A stretch of DNA of 64,000 nt from the NCBI RefSeq assembly GCF_009914755.1, contig NC_060930.1. One strand, written 5' to 3'. Each line of letters starts with the position of its first letter. Position 1 is the first letter of the stretch. The notes under the pieces were generated by a model. That model was not told the origin of the DNA, made no database searches, and saw only the letters and a program-made list of their open reading frames with translations. Shown here piece after piece: positions 59,645 through 64,000 of this stretch. A program made the position numbers and the translations under genes. This DNA is from the human T2T-CHM13v2.0 reference genome, Homo sapiens.

Positions 59645-61630
59645 GACATAACAATTCTTAGCATATATAAACCCAATAAAACAATTCAAAATTATTGAAG
59701 CAAAAGCTGATAGAACTTCAAAAAGAAATGGAAAAAATGGGAAACTGAAAAAGAAGCACAATTAAACCTAAAGCAAGCAGAAGAAATGATAAAAATTAGA
59801 GTGGAAATCTGTAAAATTAAGAACATAAAATCAATAGAGAAAAACAAAAAAAATTAAAAGCTGTTATTTGAAATTAATGAAATTGAAAAGTCTCTAGCCA
59901 GACTAAGAAAAACAAAACAAAAACAAAAACATGAGAACACACAAATTTTAGAAATAAAAGTGAGGTCATCACTCCTGAATTTGTAGGCATTAAAATGATA
60001 ATAAAATGACAAAAAATACAAACAGCTTTATGACCACAAATTTGATTACTTAAGTAAAATGGGCCAATACCCCAAAAGACACGAACTACCAAAGCTCACA
60101 CAAAGAGACGCAGATAATCTGAGTGGTCCTAAACCTATTAAATTGAATAAATATTTAATAACCTTCCAAAACAAAATGCACCAGGGCTGACTGGGTTCAA
60201 TGGTGAATTCTACTAAACATTTAAGAAAGAAATTATGTCAATTTTCTACAGTATCTTCCATAAAGTAGAAGTCATAATTACCCTAATAACAATACTAGAT
60301 AGACATTACAAGAAAACTATAGACCACTATTTCTTATGAACATAGATGCAAATATCCTTAATGAAATATTAGCCAGAATTATACACCATGACAAAGTGGG
60401 ATTTATTTCATGTATTTGAAGTTGGTTCCACATTAAAAATGAATTAATGTAATTTACGACACCAATAGAATAAGGAAATAAAAAGTCTACAATCATATCA
60501 ATTGATAAAGGAAAAGTATTTAACAAAACCCAACAGTCATTAGTGATAAAACATCTCAGCAGATTAGAAATAGAAGGGAACTTTCCCAACTTAATAAAGA
60601 ATGTCTACTAAAAACCTGCAGTTAATGTAGGTTTTCTGGATGCTTTTCTTGCAACATTAGAGATAAGAATGTACTCTCTTACTACATTTATTCAATGTCA
60701 TACTGGAAGGCCTAGATAATGAAATAAGATAATAAAATAAATTATATACAGATTATGAAGGTAGTAAATGCACTGTCTTTTTTCATGCATGACATGATTA
60801 TGTAGAAGTCTCAAAGAATTGAAGAAAAGCTTCTGGCAGTAAAAAGTAATTATGGTAAGGTCATAGGATTCAAGGTTAACATACAAAAGTTGATTGCTTT
60901 TTTGTATACCAACAGTGAACAATGATAATTTTGAAATTAAAAACACAATACCATATTTAGTAGCATAAAAACATGAAATAAAGCACAAATTAAAAAATGT
61001 ATACAAGATCTTTGCATAGCTAACTACAAAACTCTGATGAAATGAATAAAATAGGATATAGAGATATTTGATGTCCATGAATTGGAAGACTCAAAATTGT
61101 TAAAATGCCAATTCTTCCCAAGTTCATCTATAGATTTAATACAATCCCAATCAACTTCCCAAGAAGCAATTTTATGGTATTAACCAACTGATTCCAAAGT
61201 TTACTTGGAAAGGCAAAGGACTCAGAATAGCCAACAGAACATTGAAGAAGAACAATATTTGAGAACAAATGAGACTTGACTTCAAGACTTATTATGAAGC
61301 TATTGTAGTCAAAACAGCTTAGTAGTGGCAAAAAAAAAAAAAAGGATACATAGATCAATGGAACAAACTAGAGTACCCAGAAATAGACCCATGCAAATGC
61401 AGTCAACTGATCTTTGACAAAGGAACAAAGGAAATTCCATGGAGAAAGATAGTTTTCTCTACAAAACAAATGTGAGAAAAATTGGACAACCATATGCCAA
61501 AAATAAATGAATCTAGACAAGATCTTACAACTTTTACAAAATTAACTCAAGATTAGTCATAGACCAATAGTTGCCAGGGCTTTGAAGGAGAGTGAGTGGG
61601 GTAGGTGAAGTACAGAGAATTTTTTGGATA
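59645..61630 (+). mobile_element. Continuation of the old L1M ORF2 (right part)
   Basis: ACATAACAATTCTTAGCATATAT resumes the EN domain after the break at ~50009; RT remnant CATGCATGACATGAT. Confidence 0.8.
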
Positions 61631-61854
61631 GAGAAACTATTCTCTGTATTTACTCAGTGTATCTGAATCCACAGCTAAATTCACCCCAAATTAGAGATAG
61701 GAAAACTCCTACGAAGGACTGTCCCAAACTGTCCCAAGATGGGGCTAGTTGGAATTCTAAAGAAAGGTGATCTGTTTAAAGCATTATCAGGGGAAGTTTA
61801 CAGAGGAAAGGTGCTAATTTATATAAGTTGGAAAGAAATGGAGTCTGTAAGACT

Positions 61855-62095
61855 AAAGACAGAAAGACAAATACCACATGTTCTCACTAATATGAGGGAC
61901 TAAAAAAAATTGAACTCATGGAGATAGATAGTAGAATGATAGTTCTACCAGAGGATGGAAAGGGTAGTGGGCAGAAGGGGATATAGTGGAGGTTGTTAAT
62001 GTAGATAAAAATACAGTTAGATAGAATAAATAAGATCTAGTATTCAGTAGCACAATAGGGTGACTGCAGTTAACAATGCCTTATTGTATGTTTTA
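61855..62095 (+). mobile_element. L1MA 3'UTR fragment
   Basis: GAAAGACAAATACCACATGTTCTCAC...GTTAGATAGAATAAATAAGATCTAGTATT. Confidence 0.82.
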
Positions 62096-64000
62096 TTTAT
62101 TTTTAAAAAGTTAACTTTTTTTTTAAGTTCAGGGTACATGTGCCAGTTCATTATATAGGTAAACTTGTGTCACAGGTGATTGCTGTACAAATTATTTCAT
62201 CACCCATGTATTAAGCTTAGTTCCCATTAGAGATTTTTTACTGATCCTCTTCCTCCTCCCATCCTCCACCCTTCAATATACCCAGTGTATGTTGTTCCCC
62301 TCTACGTATCCATGCATTCTCATCATTTAGCTCCCACCTATGAGTGAGAACATGTAGTATTTGGTTTTCTGTTCCTGCATTAGTTTGCTAAGGATAATGG
62401 CCTCCAGCTCCATCATGTTCCTGCAAAGGACAAAATTTTGTTCTTTTTTATGACTGCATAGTATTCCATGGTATAATTGTACCACATTTTCTTTATCCAG
62501 CCTGTCATTGATGGGCATTTAGGTTGATTCCATGCCTTTGCTGCTGTGAATAGTGCTGCAATCAACATATGTGTGCATTTGTCTCTATAATAAAACAATT
62601 TATATTCCTTTGGGTATATACCCAGTAATGGGATTGCTGGGTCAAATGATATTTCTGTTTCTAGGTCTTTGACAAATCCCCACACTGCCTTCCAAAATGG
62701 TTGAACTAATTTACACTCCTACTAACAGTGTATAAGCATTCCATTTTCTCCTCAACCTGGCCAGCATGTGTAATTTTATGAATTTTTATTAATAGCCATT
62801 CTGACTGAGGAGAGACAGTGTATCATTCTGGTTTTAATTTGCATTTATCTAATGTTCAGTGATGTTAAGCTTTTTTATCATATGCTTGCTAGCCATATGT
62901 ATGCCATTTTTTGAAAAGTATCTGTTCAGGTCCTTTGCCCACCTTTTCTTGTTTTTTTTTTTTTTTGTAAATTTGTTTAAGTGCCTTATAAATTCTGGAT
63001 ATTAGACCTTTGTTAGATACACACTTTGCAAACATTTTCTCCCATTCTGTAGGTTTTCTGTTCACTCTGTTGATAGTTTCCTTTGCTGCGTAGAGGCTCT
63101 TTAGTTTAATTAGATCCCATTTGCCTATTTTTGGTTTTGTTGCAGTTGCTTTTGGCATGTTCATTATGAAATATTTGCCTGTTCCTATGTCCTGAGTGGT
63201 ATTGCCTAGATTGTCTTCCAGGGTTTTTATGGTTTTGGGTTTTCCATCTAAGTCTTTAGTCTTTTTGTATATGGTGTAAGGAAGGGGTTCACTTTCAATC
63301 TTGTGCATATGGTTAGCCAGTTATTCCAGCACCATTTATTGAATAGGAAATCCTTTACCCATTGCTTGTTTTTGTCAGTTTTGTTAAAGGTCAGATGGTT
63401 TGTAGATGTGAGGTCTTATTTCTGGGTTATTTATTGTGTTCCTTGGTCTGTGTGTCTTTTTTTGTACCAGTACCATGTTCTTTTGGTTACTGTAGCCCTG
63501 TAGTATAGTTGGAAGTCAGGTAGCATGACGCTTCCTGCTTTGTTCTGTTTGTGTAGTTTTGCTTTGGCTATTTTGGCTTTTTTGGTTCCATATGAAATTT
63601 AAATAGTTCTTCTTAGTTCTGCGAAGAATCTTAATGGTATTTTAATAGTAATAGCACTGAATCTATAAATTGTTTTGGGCATTATGGGCATTTTAAAAAT
63701 ATTGACTCGTCCTATCCATGAACATGGAATTTTTTTTTTCATTTGTTTGTGTCATCTCTGATTTCTGTGAGCAGTGTTTTGCAGTTCTGCTTACAGAGGT
63801 CTTTCATGTCCCTGGTTAGCTGTATTCCTTGGTACTTTATTCTCTTCTGGCAATTGTGAGTGAGATTACATTCCTGATTTGGCTCTCAACGTCAACTGTT
63901 GTTGCTGTATACAAATGTTAGTGATTTTAGCACATTGATTTTGTATCCTGAGACTTTGGCAAAGTTGTTTATCAGCTTAAGAAGCTTTTGGGCTGAGACC
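62096..64000 (-). mobile_element. L1PA15/16-like 3' portion, continuing beyond the window
   Basis: ATAGGTAAACTTGTGTC...ATTATTTCATCACCC 3'UTR; antisense ORF2 fragments (62413-62685, 62889-63308). Confidence 0.9.

Noticed and set aside
61630-61850. Possible ERVL LTR fragment with ACTGTCCCAA x2
   Set aside because: Too short and diverged to assign from memory.

Overview
AT-rich, gene-poor hominoid (human or great-ape) genomic DNA, composed mostly of transposable elements; I recognise no host protein-coding exon. The main elements are: (1) a full-length ~6.03-kb L1PA3/L1PA2-type LINE-1 (30872-36900, +) with disabled ORF1/ORF2, an intact antisense ORF0, the 129-bp ZNF93-escape deletion and no target-site duplication (TSD); (2) a full-length SVA (38441-39870, -); (3) an older near-full-length L1PA13-16-type element (23420-28773); (4) a four-level nest of L1M > L1PB > L1PB > MADE1 (47185-61560); (5) about 9 Alus, two ERVL solo LTRs, MaLR LTRs, MER30, MER47-like, MER5, MIR, L2 and microsatellites. 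The least ordinary structures are a TSD-flanked 1.4-kb unique-sequence retro-insertion splitting an old L1 (probable 3'UTR-only retrocopy, 41331-42748), a composite inverted-Alu cassette inside one perfect TSD (43905-44377), and a MADE1 mariner MITE carrying a 134-bp templated copy of nearby L1 sequence (53662-53901). I found no convincing new multi-gene system. Subfamily calls come from recalled consensus sequences, and boundaries of old repeats are approximate.
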